A DNA stretch of 64,000 nt, taken from the NCBI GenBank assembly GCA_964106915.2, contig OZ066920.1. One strand, 5' to 3'. Source of the DNA: Podarcis gaigeae (Eukaryota). Shown here one piece after another: positions 13,555 through 26,538 of the stretch. Each line of letters begins with the position of its first letter. Within the stretch, counting starts at the first letter, position 1. The position numbers and the translations under genes were made by a program. Below the pieces are notes generated by a model, which did no database searches, was not told the origin of the DNA, and was given only the letters and a program-made list of their open reading frames with translations.

Positions 13555-14500
13555 CTTTCGGCTTCTTGTTACTGGAACAGAGCGGGATCTCAATGTTTGA
13601 GTTCCTATAAATACTGTAGAGGGGGTGTGGTGTCTAGCCTCCAATGTTCTGGGCAGAGAGGAAGTTCCTAGGCTAGTGTGCCTTTTCTTCTTTTGTTCCT
13701 TAATTACTTGAGAGATACCTTGAGTGATTTCTTGAGTGATATCCTGAGTACCACTTAGGTGGGTCATTAGGTGTGGATTAGTTGCTAAAGTCTTTGTGTC
13801 TTGACCTCTTGAACTTTGTGAAGAGTTTTCCTGAGAAGATGGCTGTATTGCACTTAGTTGTGCTTTGGCTTGGCTTCGTGTATAGGGGCGAGCTGTGGTT
13901 TTGTGGCTTGTGTCAGCCAGATCTGTGTAGGGATTGCAGGGGGGTGCAGCATCCGGAGGTGCCACCATGGATTGGCTACTGGATGGTGTCAGTAATTCAT
14001 CTGTGGAGAGGGTCTGGGTTTGGGTCTGGTGTGGTTGATTGGTGTTGGCGTTCTGTGTGCCTCTGGATCTGGTGTCAGTTTTTGTGGGGAGGGCTAATTT
14101 CCAGATGTCTGGCAAGCGGGATGTGTCGTCACGCTTGTTCATGTTGTGAGGGTGTTTCTCTATCTCGATGGCTTCCATGATTATTCTCTTGTGGTGATGT
14201 TCCGTGTTAAAGAGCAATTTGGAATCTGCAAAATTAATTTCGTGTCCTGTTTCTTTCATGTGTTGGAAAAGAGAGGAAGTTTTTTCTTCTTTTTTGACGG
14301 CATTCTTGTGTTCTGCGATACGTGCATTTATTCGTCTGTTTGTTTGTCCAATGTACGTGGCTGGGCAGACTTTGCAGGGTATTTCATAGATCCCTTGGTT
14401 TTCCAACTGGATTTTATCCTTGGGGTTTCTGAGGATATTGGCTATTTTTTGGTTGGTGCAAAAGGCTGTTTTGATATTGTGTTTATGGAGGATTTTGCTA
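13531..14500 (-). CDS. C-terminal part of a PLE ORF: GIY-YIG endonuclease plus low-complexity tail (RT lost by truncation)
   Basis: QGIYEIPCKVCPATYIGQTNRRINARIAEH...HMKETGH...EAIEIEKHPHNMNKRD has the PLE GIY-YIG signature with its Cys/His residues; uninterrupted for about 320 codons. Confidence 0.9.
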
Positions 14501-14724
14501 ATCCACACCTAATGACCCACCTAAGTGGTACTCAGGATATCACTCAAGAAATCACTCAAGGTATCTCTCAAGTAATTAAGGAACAAAAGAAGAAAAGGCA
14601 CACTAGCCTAGGAACTTCCTCTCTGCCCAGAACATTGGAGGCTAGACACCACACCCCCTCTACAGTATTTATAGGAACTCAAACATTGAGATCCCGCTCT
14701 GTTCCAGTAACAAGAAGCCGAAAG

Positions 14725-14771
14725 CACCAGCCTGAAGATGACGAGTGAGACCTCGTCGAAACGTCGCCTAG
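14725..14771 (+). ncRNA. Minimal type I hammerhead ribozyme motif (inverted pLTR)
   Basis: Same sequence as 13311-13357. Confidence 0.8.
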
Positions 14772-14816
14772 ACACCCCAACTTTTACACGGGAAGACACC
14801 CGAGGACACCAAAACC

Positions 14817-14855
<39 letters not shown>

Positions 14856-14894
14856 CAAGCTTTTAGGAGACAGTGGGGTGGGGTATGGTGGGGA

Positions 14895-15350
14895 GTTGTT
14901 GTTCGGATGCCTGAATATCGTCTTCCGAAGCAACTAATCTATTCCCATCTTAAGAATGGAAAGTGAAATACTAATGAGCAACAAAAGAGGCTCTCTAAGC
15001 AAATCTTTTAAAAACTGTAGTACAGTCGTACCTCAGAAGTCAAATGCCTTGCATTTTGAATGTTTTGGCTCCCGAACGCCACAAACCCAGAAGTGAGAGT
15101 TCTGGTATGCAAACGTACTTTGGAACCCGAATGTCCGACACGCATTCTGTGGGTTTCGATTGGCTGCAGGACCTTCCTGCAGCCAACCAGAAGCAAGCCA
15201 TGCCTTGGTTTCCAAATGTTTTGGAAGTCAAACAGATTTCTGGAACAGATTCCATTCGACTTCTGAGGTATGACTGTATAAGCACTGTTAACTGGAAAAC
15301 ACTGGCCAGCGAGCGCTCCAACTGGAGAACAGCCTTTTTACCAAAGGTGT
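14895..15350 (+). mobile_element. RTE-clade LINE fragment interrupted by a MITE
   Basis: RMPEYRLPKQLIYSHLKNGK and NWKTLASERSNWRTAF match the RTE at 58305-59140; the two halves flank the MITE at 15023-15276. Confidence 0.75.
15023..15276. mobile_element. Tigger-like MITE, family B
   Basis: TA-CAGTCGTACCTCAGAAGTC...GACTTCTGAGGTATGACTG-TA. Confidence 0.88.
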
Positions 15351-16189
15351 GCTGGTCCGTCCCTCACCTGCACAGTCCCTTCTTCCTCTGCCACATCCTG
15401 TGTTTCTCCCTCCATCTTACACTGCCCAGACTCTTCCTCCTCCCCCTGCTTTGGCTCCTGCCTTGCGGGTAGTGCCAAACCCCATAAATCACTGGCCTCC
15501 TCTCCTGGGTTGGTTCCCTGACCCCTTGCCTCCACCACACACACTTTAGAGCCCTGCCAGTCCCTGCCAGGGGCCCATTTTGAAAATAGATCTTGTATGG
15601 GGGAGAGGGGGATTAACCTTTTCCCCACCAGCCCTTTCCCCACTCCAAGTGGCCTCCACCCTACTTCCAGCAGCTTTTCTCCCTATATTGTTTCTAGCGT
15701 GTGCCTATCTACCTTTGGAAGACTGCCTAGGATGGAGGAGATAGAAGCAGGAAAACTGGCAATAGAGAAAGTTAGACACTGACCTTCTGCTACCAGGCTT
15801 CTGTACTCAGAATGGACCCTTCCTGAGTTGCTGTTTTATTTAGAAGAAAACAGCCATCACTGTGCTATCTGTGTAGTCCCATCATGCCACTGTTGCTGCA
15901 ACCCGTAGTCCTTCACATATTGCAGCTGGAAGTTCTGCACCAGGGAGCCTTTGCTACTGATGTAGGCTTCTTCCTAAGTGATGAAATTATGGATTTTTTG
16001 GAGGGGGGTCATAATCTGCCAACAATTTAGCAACCAGTTGATAATTTATGTAATCTGTTGTGGGGTTTTAGGATAAAGTCATCATGGTCAGATATGGAAG
16101 AACAATCCAGGTAATTTCAAAACCTTGTATTAGCTAATAATTTATGTCTGACCCCAAAAAGCTTGCAGTGACCTGATTTCATAATGGCA

Positions 16190-16192
<3 letters not shown>

Positions 16193-16232
<40 letters not shown>
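16193..16232. repeat. (AC)n microsatellite
   Basis: Direct reading. Confidence 0.95.
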
Positions 16233-16234
<2 letters not shown>

Positions 16235-17304
16235 TGATTCACTTGCTTCCTGGAAGACTTTGAGTAATTGTTAAAGTATGTGCCTTCCTGCTGTATCATT
16301 CTTCACATCTAGTCCTCCTTATATGCTTATGGCACTTCACTAATGGTTGCATGGTGATTTTCAAGCCTCTTTTATGGTGTACTTGTCAAAATGGTATGAA
16401 GAGAAGAATTATTGCAACTCTGTCTTTTGCGACTGTTACGTTAACCCAAGTGGAAATGTCAGGTGCTGCCATTTTGAATTACCATGGTTCACAGTTATTT
16501 CCATGGCCTATAGAACATGGCAGAACAGAATGGTTTCCAAAAACCCATTAGCTAATGTCTAGGTTGGCGACAGATTTGGCTGGTGGCATCTGTTTGGTGT
16601 CAGACCAAGTGAGACAAACGTAGAGCTTTCATAAGTTTCATTAGAGCTTTTCATAACATTCAATGAATCTTTTTCACATTGCTTTGTCTGCTAACACTTG
16701 TGCATCTACCACAGAACCCTTGTCCACCATTGCCTGGTACTACTAGCCAAGTGTGTTGTGCCTCACTGTGTCACAACACATCAACAAAGAGGTCCCCCTT
16801 GACCAGTACACCTAACTCTCCTGTGAATTGTGCATTGGAGAGGAAGATTGGTAGCAATGGGGAAACTATTGTTAAGTGGAGCTTCTCTTCAATGGCTGAT
16901 CTTCTCATTGAGGAACGCCTAAGAGATTTTTAAAGAAACCTCAGTGTTCCCTGGAACATAGTTTGAAAGCCACTGTCTTAAAGCACTTAACCACTGTGGA
17001 CAAGTGATGCTAATAGGAGTATCTGAATTTCCCACAGTTGTAAACACATAAAAGGGCTACATCGATCAGAACAATGTACATTTCATTTTAAAGTGGCTTT
17101 CTGTATTGCATTAACAACATAAAGAAATGATCTGTTGCATATAAAAATACTTCTTAGAAGAATATGGCTTGCAAAAATGCCCTGTCACTTAATTATATTC
17201 AGGAGCATCAGAAAGCAAAGCTGGAACAGTGCCACTAGTGTCCATGATACTAACAGAGGGCACTTAGAAGTCTGCACAAAAACAGTCTACATGGTTTCCA
17301 TCCA

Positions 17305-17425
17305 CCCATTTTATCCTCACAACAACCTTGTGCGGTGGGTTAGCCTGGATGAATAGAGAATGGCTCACATTCACCCAGTGAGATTCCTGATTGAATGGGG
17401 ATCTGAGCCTAGGTCTCCCCAGTGT
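17305..17425 (-). mobile_element. Degenerate MIR/CORE-like SINE fragment
   Basis: CCCATTTTATCCTCACAACAACCTTGTG...CACCCAGTGAG resembles the antisense of the SINE at 26314. Confidence 0.55.
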
Positions 17426-18735
17426 TAGAATAAATTATAAATGTAAGCATATATCAGAAAGACTGTCGGGGTTCAAGTGCTCAGCAGGTTTTTCAAATGT
17501 TACCCATTACTAAGGACAATTTTCTCTGTGTGTTCTGATAGCCACTTCATTCAGAGTTTTTTCTTCCAAATGAAAGTTTTACATTAAATTTAATCAAGCT
17601 CTTATAGCAATTTACAACTTAGAACAAGACCGACTGCATATTAATATTCTTTTCTTTAGAAGGATAGTTAAATGGCAGCCTTCTTTCTTTGATTATTTCA
17701 CACCCATTTTAAACACCTTTGTGTCTGTGAAAGGTATAAATGATTGTGTTGTATCAAGTCATAGTGTGCAAACTCAGCTTCCATTCCCTATTTGCAGAAT
17801 TACGGTAACTTTACTATGATAAAGTTAAATGACAGACATTCTGGATGTTATTTGAATGTGCCAGACACTGTAGAACATATTCTTTTTCTACTGTCCACTG
17901 TACAACCAGCTACTCAAACACATGTCATCCCCTTTTTTGGGTAGTTTAACATCACAGCACAATGAAAATTTCAGATTCTACCTGTCTGATATTAACCTGG
18001 AGATAACTGCAAGGGTAGCTGAGTTTTTGTCAATAGTATCTCTTAGAGTGGTGAATGGCATGGTTTAGCAGGAAGACACTCTAATGAAAATTTCTGTTAC
18101 TATATTTCTTATATGGCTGTTTCTTTGTATATATTTTAATTTTTTGTATATGGATGTTTTAAGATGGTCTATATCTGTAATGCCAAAGGAAGGGAGGGAG
18201 GGAGGGAGGGAGGGAGGGAGAAGGCAGATACGGGCTTGCTACTTTTTCCTAGCTGCCCAAGCAAATGCTATAGCACCCCTGCTGGTGCAGAGAGTGTCTG
18301 GGTCTGGTCACCTGGATGAGAAACCTCCTGGAAATAATAATGAAAGAAAGCTGGGCTATAAATGTCATGAATAAAATAAAGCCATGCTGAAGTTTCTTTG
18401 CTTCTGGCTGATGCTTTCTTTTTCCCTGACAATTTGTAATTGGGCTTTGGAGGCAAGACTCGCCCACTAAGAATGGAGCTGGATTAAAGAGATGAGATTA
18501 GGAAAGAGAAGAGTGTAATCAGGGTAATTGGCAATGCTTTCTCTAAATCTTAATACCAATCAAGCAGCATCAAGGCAGCATTGGGTTGAGGCCAAGCACA
18601 GTATCATAACTCTGCAAAAGACCAGCCTGGGTAAGATTTTTCTTTTGTCTTTTCTGCCATGGCTAATATGACAGCAGCCAACCTTCACATCTGCTTACTG
18701 TACCTTGCCTGATTTTGATACCATCCATTGTTATC

Positions 18736-18856
18736 GGGTTGTATCCATGTAAGTCATCCTCAGAGTAGACCCACTGAAATCAATAAACCAACAGTCCATT
18801 GATTTCAATTGGTCTGTTTCTTCTTCTTCTGAATATGACTTACTTGGATATCATCC
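18736..18856. repeat. Ancient palindromic MITE-like repeat (one of several; similar near 11960, 19140 and 36275)
   Basis: GTATCCATGTAAGTCAT...ATGACTTACTTGGATATC and TGAAATCAAT...ATTGATTTCA arms. Confidence 0.55.
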
Positions 18857-21800
18857 ACACCTTCTGCTGTTTATGCCTGTGAAAGCTGCTTATTTTTGTA
18901 AGGCCCCCAGAACTATTTGATGACGTTGCCCAAGTATTTCTGCTGAACCTGATGCCAACATTAGCTCAAGAGGGAAAGAACTGTGGCAACCCCTTCACTT
19001 GTTTTGGCTGAACTGTAGAAGGTTCTAGGAAAGCAATTGTAAATGTCAGACCAAAGCAATAATTTCATCAAGGCCCCATTTAAGATTTTCTTTCATGTTT
19101 GTTGTTGTTTCTTTGGAAAAAAATTTAAGACACCAAGGCTATAATTCTGTACTCATTTACCTTGGAGGAAGCTCTGTTGAACTCAATGAGACTTACTTTT
19201 GAATAGACATGTATAAGATTGTGCCTTAAAACAATTTCAGATGTTTCAGACAAAGGCATTTAAGGACACCTTGCATCCCTGTTGCCTTCCTGCCAATATT
19301 CTGATGCTCTATGGGAAGGCAAAAATAAAATGCTTGAAATCAGGCATCTTATAACTTGGGAATAGCCAGAGTCAGACATATTGCCTACCCAATGTGTTTA
19401 GCACACATCGCAGAAGCTGTTTCATGAAACAGGAAAATATGATCCCTATCCATTACTTGCAAGTTTTAATGATACAGCTTTTTTCACTTGAGTTAAATAC
19501 AAATTTTGATGTTTTAATGGGATAGCTTTCTTAGGTGTTTTAATTTGGATGTTTATAGTCTGATGTTTATGTAATTGGTTCTTATACTGGTAATTATACT
19601 GCTTAGAATCCTATTTTGGCATTAAGTGAGATATAAGTAAGTAAACAAGCAATCCTTCAATCACCAAGTTAAGTGCTATAAAATATTTTTTTAAGGACAA
19701 TAATTTTCAAAGGCATTTAACCTATGAAAAGCACTAGTGAATACTGAGTAGGATAAAATGAAGATTTGAATACACACACAGAGAGATGCATGTATTAATT
19801 AATTAATTAAAATGAGAAGATGTGTTTGCAATATGGACTTCAATTACAATTACTTTCTTGTTTTCTCTGTTAATAAGTTTGTTATTTGAATCTGTATATA
19901 ACTCTGACATGGAAGACATATGTTTCTGACAGCAGCAGATGATTTCTCGTGTGATGGAATAATTAAAATGAGTCACTTGCAGTTAAGTCCTGTCCTTGGG
20001 CAACACAATTGAATTGAAAATAACCAAGTTAACCCCTCCTGCCTGCCATTTTTGAGGATTTCATTACAGCTTGTGTTGTTGTATGCATGATCATTTCAAG
20101 CACTGTTGGTTGCGTATAATTATGCACTTTATACATACTGAAGGAACATTCATCAGCGACAAAGACATCGAGACGGTCAAAATTTGAAAAAAACATGTTA
20201 TATCTCAAATAACATCTCCAAGGAACCTAATCCTCAAAAGCTGGTGGTTCAGAGGTTCCTATGGGCCTGTTTGTTCTGTAGTTAAAAAGGGAGAAAGAAT
20301 CTGTAAGAGTCTAGCAGTGAATCCCAGTTTACATGTCTACTCAAAAGAAATAAGTCCCATTGGGTTCAATTCATCTGCAGTAGTTGAGAATACAGTCCTG
20401 TACATACTTACCTGGGAGTAACCATGCACAGGAATGTATTCAACTACTGCAGATGAGTTACACCACAGGAAAACAGAATGATGGTTATTTTTTCATGGGG
20501 CTTTTCATCCATCCCCTGCTTCAATCCTTCTTCCTTCCCCCTACATGGTAAAGATGCTGATCTGATACACAGGCCATGGTGTAAGTAGCTCTCAGGCTTC
20601 AGGGACTTTGCTTTCTACCCCCCCCCCCATCCCACCCCTCTGGCATTAGATACCCAGAACAAAGAGAAAGGAGTCTCTTACCAGCTAGAAATTTTAATGA
20701 TCACAGCGAGAGAACAAATAATGCATTCTTAGGAATGAAGGTGCTCCCAATTCAGGGTTCCACCCACTTCCTCCCTAGCCACCCACGTCATCTTGCAAAC
20801 TGATCTCGCAGCCACTATGCTTTCTGTGCTGCCACCTTATCTGCTCTTCTTGACCTTGGGCTGAGCAGATGCATGCATTCCAGTTTGTTAACTCTCTCTC
20901 TCCCAGTTCTTCTTCTCCTCCTAGCTGTTCCCCACACAGTACTTCCCAGCTTCTGCCTTCTGAATGTCCCTCTGCAAACCACTGTTCCAAATTTATACTG
21001 TCCTCCTGCTCCTGGGAAGATTCCTTCTCAGTGCAGCTCTCCTCAGCACGGTCCCTGGCAATAGCCATGCAACTTAGAGGCGCCACACTTTCTTGTCCTC
21101 TCAACCCCACCAAAGCAACAGCTTCAAAACTGTGTGCAATGAAAACCAGAGTATAGCTTTTGGAGAAGGAAAAAGTCACTCCGTCCTAGACCATGTCAAG
21201 GCATTCTTTGAATCCAAGATAATGGATTAGTGGCTCTCTTCTGGGAACATGACCAAAATTATTGAGGCCACTATCCGTGTTTTCCCATGCTAGTGCACCA
21301 AACAGAAATATAGGCTTGCAAATTGCCCATTATTCTGTGGTTCTGTGGTTTGGCCATAGTTAAAGGCTGTTTCCCAATATTAATCCTATTTGCGGAACTT
21401 TTATATGAAACTGTTGGCTCTGGATCAGCTAGGAACTTGAATTGGTAGTCAAGAATGATTGCTGTGATCGTCCTAGACATTTTCCAGCTTCGACATATGC
21501 AGGGACGGCCCACCCATGAGGAGAGGTGAGGCAACCATCTCCGGTGGCAGAATTAACGGGGGCAGCAGATCCATCCTCCAAGGAAGGCTTCATCTGCTGC
21601 TGCTGCTGCATTACTGTAGTGACAGCAAGGGCTGCAGTGCTGTCCTTGGAGGTCAGATCTGCTTCCTCCTCGGCAGCCCTCCTCCATGCCACCCCTACAG
21701 TGGTCCCTCAGTGAATAGGAGGCACAACTGGTCTCCTTCCATCCTAGGCAGGAAATGGCAGGGGCTGTCCTCTGGGGTCTTCATCTGATTGACATGATTC

Positions 21801-24800
21801 AGTGCAGGCCCCCTTTCCCCCTGGGGGAAAGATGTAGATATTCCCCCTGGTGTAGATATTCACTCATGCTTTCTTTCCTGGTGGGGTGGGGGCACCATTT
21901 TGTGGTTTGCCTCAGATGTCTTGGGTCAGCTCTGCCCATGTGGAATGTGGTGTTTTGTAGTAAAGGGGGTGGGAGAGCACTGAGAGGAATTACTGTGATG
22001 CAAATCCTGTAACTTAAATGGATAACTCTGGAATAACCATAAAATGCAAGAGCAATTGTGCTTGAGAGATAGGTCATGGGGATGGGGGAGAAATGCATTT
22101 CAGGTTGAATTTTATATTATTATTATTAGTATTTATGGCTTACAAATAACTTTTTTAAAGGCCATGTGCTACATCACTTATTGCAAAACCTTTGGCAGAG
22201 ACACACAGAGACACAGACAAACAAATAATGTGTACAGCAAACTAGAGAGTACAGAAAAACAGAGTGACATGAGACACTGTTGAGTCTCTGATTATACTTA
22301 TGAGGGGAATAATTGGCACTGTGGTTTGACTCAGAAGGAGGCAAAATTCATCCCAAATCATCCTGATTCACTTTGTTATTTGGCCCCAGAACAGACCAGT
22401 TTCGCATCTCTAGTATGTAGCCTTGCAGCCTTTTCTTCCAAGAATTTGTTTATATCAAAATAGCCAACAATGCTGCCCTCCGGATATTGTTGAACTACAA
22501 CTCCCATCAGCCCCAGCAAACACAACCAATGCACAGGACTGACATGAGTTGCAGTTCAACAACATCTGAAGAGAACTAGGTTGGATACCACTGGTCTATA
22601 AGATAATGCAGGATGCTCCTATACAACCTGAATTACCTGTGGTCACTAAGCTTTTGCTGGCAGAGCAAGGGGAGCCAGTTGGTTGCCTCTAGAGGTGAAC
22701 TACAACTCCCATCAGCACAGCCAGCATGGCCAATGGCTAGAGAAGTTTTGAGTTGCAGTCCAGCAACTTCTTGAAGGCACCATGCTGGCTATCCCTGATC
22801 TGGAGGGCACTAGGATGGAGAAGACTGACCTAGTAAAATGACAAGATATAATAGTTTCAAATCAATCAAGAAGTCATATCAGACACTATAAGGGGAATCA
22901 CAGGTTTTTTACCTGAAGGGAACCTGTGGTGGCTAAAGCCATTAAATCTGATAACACCATTTCAATATATAAGCATTAAAACAACAGTTATCACTATTTA
23001 TCATTTAATTACTGAGCTAGTTTAGATTAGGGCTAGTTTAGATTATGCTTCCCCTTTGATCTGATTTAGTGCAAGGAATTGGGGTGGGTCCATGTGCTCT
23101 GTCTGTACTATGAGCAGGAATCCATTCAGTATGATGGAGTCCTCACAATGGTCTATGATGAATGCCTGACAATGCTTTAGTCAGGCAAAAAGCACATCAA
23201 GAAAAGGTTTTAGGGTGGCGTGACCAATTCGGCCACACTGGGTGCTGGAGCTACAGTTGGCACTGCAACAATGACAGAGAACAGAGAGTAGGAGGCAAGG
23301 GGTGCCAAATTTTAGTGCCACACAGGAAGCCACAGAAATTTTAGAGCCCAAAGTCTGCCAATGGTCAGCCTAGAGCTGCAGAACTCCAAGCAAGTAATTT
23401 GTGTGGGGATCAGGGGAGAAGTATTGCCTGATCTGGCCCATTGAAAATTCTACAAAAAATAATCAGCATCCCACCTGATACAAACCTATCCCACCCCTCA
23501 CTCCTGTTACATCTTTAGGTTTCAGCTTATGAAAGAAACAAAACTGCTTGGAAACTGTCCCATTCAATTTGCTTCTGTGTTTGAAGTGTTTCACTTCAAA
23601 ATTTCTTTTAGCTGAAGCTGCTGCAAAGTAACCTCATAATTATCTCCATTTATCTTCCAGTGTTCTGGCAGATAAGGCAAATCCTTTCACTGACACATTG
23701 CACTAGCTTAGGAATTCCAGATAATTCGTAGCAACTGTAAATCACACTAAGATGAGAAGTGCGCTTCTTGTACACTTTTATGGGCCATGTCAAGGTCATG
23801 AATTTTCTGTAGTCTAGTCACCAGTCAGAGGTTAGAATCCTTTGGGCCAAACTGACATTTGCACAGACAGATACTTACTCCCGCATGTCTACAGGTTCCT
23901 GTTTTCATACCCGAAACGTGCTAAAATAACCTTTGGTTATCGGAAATTATATCCAGACACTGACTAATTTACAAGAATGTTTCTCCACTTTCCTTGTTCC
24001 TATCTAGGAATGTCTTGATATTCTACCAATGTTTTATGCAAATGCGTTGATTGTGAATGAACAATTTCTGAAAAAAGCGGTGAGTAACAAGAATTCAGCT
24101 CATGAGATTCAGTCAAGGAAGGGAGTCATAGCATAGGTGTGTCATCTCTGTGTGCATGTACACAGTGATCCCTCCCCAAATTTAGCAGTAAGCTGCATTA
24201 ATGAAAACCCCAAATTTTTACCTGTGTCCAGTTTCCCAAATTGTCCATCATTTTCTGAACTTTTTCTTGTACACAGTGCCACAGGTTTCTTATTGAATTG
24301 AGAGCAGAAATCTATGCTGCATTCTTTCACTAATGTTATGGGGGGAAATGTTTATTTAATCAGGGTGATGAGTTCATCAGTGCTTCAAGTACGAAGTTGA
24401 GTCTTTTCTCAGTATCAGACAAATTGATGGATATTATTTAAATAGGATCTCTCTCTCAAAATTCCCTTTTTGATGTTCACTCCATAGCAGAACTGGCATT
24501 TGTTTGCTTCTTTTCGACTGTTTAAGCATCTCCACAAAAAGGAAGCAGACAGAGTAAAACAAGTATTAAATCAGTCATGGCTCAGCAACATTTCACTGGA
24601 AAACAAAGAACATGCAGACATTCTACTGTGGGATCCCCCCCAACCAAATTGTCTGGTCATTAGTGGTCAATTGTTCTTTGCAGCCATATTCCATAGAAAG
24701 ATGAGGAAAATAAACATGAGGGGGAAAATAGAGGTTTTCCTGACAGGTTCGGTTTACTGAGTACATTAAAGAAACGTAATTCTAAAGACCAACTAAAACA

Positions 24801-26313
24801 ATGGAAAAATTCATAGGAAGTTGGATATAAACCACAGAGCAATGCAGTGCTTTCCAGATGATGAGGACTACAATTCCATTCAGTCTAGCATGACCAGTAC
24901 TTATGGGTGAGGGGAGTTGTAGTCCCAAACATAAGCTAAATCATGCTTAGGGTACAGTCACTGGAACTAAGGGGAATTAAGCTAGTCAAGACTAACTTAA
25001 ATTAATATGACCAAAACTGGATCTAGCCCAGGCTATATAAAGTTGAAGCAGGAAAGATCCTAAACTTGAAACTAGTGATGGCAACCTACTTAGGACATAG
25101 CATTAAGTTGGTCTCTCATACCTGAAAATGAGAAAGATACATCAATGTTTGCACAATTACACAAATACATTAAATCACAGATAAGAAAACATCATTTGGG
25201 TAGAATGTTGACCCATATGCAGTGGACCACTTGAACACACCTGAGTTTTATTAAGCTTGCAGCAAACTAGGGGATCACTGCCATCTGTTGGTAGATAATG
25301 AATGGAATATTGCATTACCTTCTCATCAATGCAGAGTTGTAGAAACTGTGGCATTTATCTGAGAGGCATAATGTGTCTGCATAACAGGGTATTCCTACCA
25401 CACTTGCATCATGTTCCCAAGCCTTGTTACTTGGAAGTCCCACTGAAATGTTTCTAAATGAACCTGGTTCTGATCAGGTTGAAAGTGTCCTTGACTATAT
25501 AGATCCACTCTCTTCCGCTAAACTGTTAGAGGAAGCACCCACAAGTAATTAGTGGATCTGGGCTGTAGCATCTTACTTGTAAGAGGGCAAAGCATCATGG
25601 CATGTAACAAATGATGGCAATTGTATATCACACAGATGTGATAGACAATGGCCTTGTTCACACATCACAGGTAACTATAGTTAATGGTTCATTTTGAACA
25701 TGCCAATATTGACCACTTGCCTGTTCCTCCTTTGCATTAGGAGCAAACAAACCACAGTCTCTGGATTAGCTCAGAGGCAGATTTAGGGCAGCACGACTGG
25801 CTTCCCCACACTGGGCACCAAACCGAGGGGCTGCGCAGCAGGGCATATTGAACTGAGCCGAATGGAAGGTGACAGATGGGCAGGGGGAATTTTGGCTTTA
25901 CACACTGAAATTTGAAAGACCAAAGTCTGCCCTTGCTTAGCATCACATCTCAATCAGAGATTATGTTTGTTTCACTCCCTAACAAGCTACAATCTTTTGC
26001 CATGGTTGTTCTTGGTTTACTGATCATGGTTCATCTCTGATTCAGATGGAATGCTAAGCAAGGAATCATTGGTTGGTTGTTTCCTGCCTACACTAGCAGG
26101 AGGAGACAAACAGCCAGAAGGACACAACAAAACATAAGGAGAGCCCTCCTAGAGCACACCAAAGACCCATCTAGTCCCTTGGACACATAGTGGCCAACTA
26201 GTTGCCTCTGGGAAGCCACAAGCAGTACCTGAGTGCAGCAGCAACTCTCCCCACTAACAACTCCCAGCATTCAGAAGCATACACTACCCCAGACAGTGAG
26301 GTAGAACATTAGA

Positions 26314-26538
26314 GAGCCACTCTGGTGTAGTGGTTAGAGTGTCAGACTAGGACCTGGGATACCTGGTTCGAATCCCCACTTGGCCATGAAGCTCACTGGG
26401 TGGTCTTGGACCAGTCACTTGCTCTGAGCCTGACCTGCCTCACAGGGTTCTTGCAGGGATGAAATGAGGAAGGGAAGAAACTTGTATTCCCACTTTGGGT
26501 GGGAAACAGTGATATACAACTGTGATAAATAAATAAAA
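26314..26538 (+). mobile_element. tRNA-derived MIR/CORE-like SINE
   Basis: A-box TGGTGTAGTGG, B-box GGTTCGAATCC, CCTCACAGGG core, (TAAA)n tail. Confidence 0.75.

Larger units (their letters stand above)
13430..14820 (-). mobile_element. 5'-truncated Penelope-like retroelement with inverted pseudo-LTR
   Basis: GIY-YIG ORF; 13459-13781 is repeated inverted at 14498-14820 (323 bp); 29-nt tail present only at the 3' end; (TA)n on both sides. Confidence 0.93.

Noticed and set aside
13084-13671. Repeated MTSETSSKRRLDTP peptides and a regular repeat layout
   Set aside because: Translations of pLTR copies; not a gene family and not a CRISPR array.
14146-14748. 200-aa plus-strand ORF sharing its C-terminus with the PLE ORF
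   Set aside because: Chimera of antisense endonuclease sequence and the inverted pLTR; a product of the inversion.
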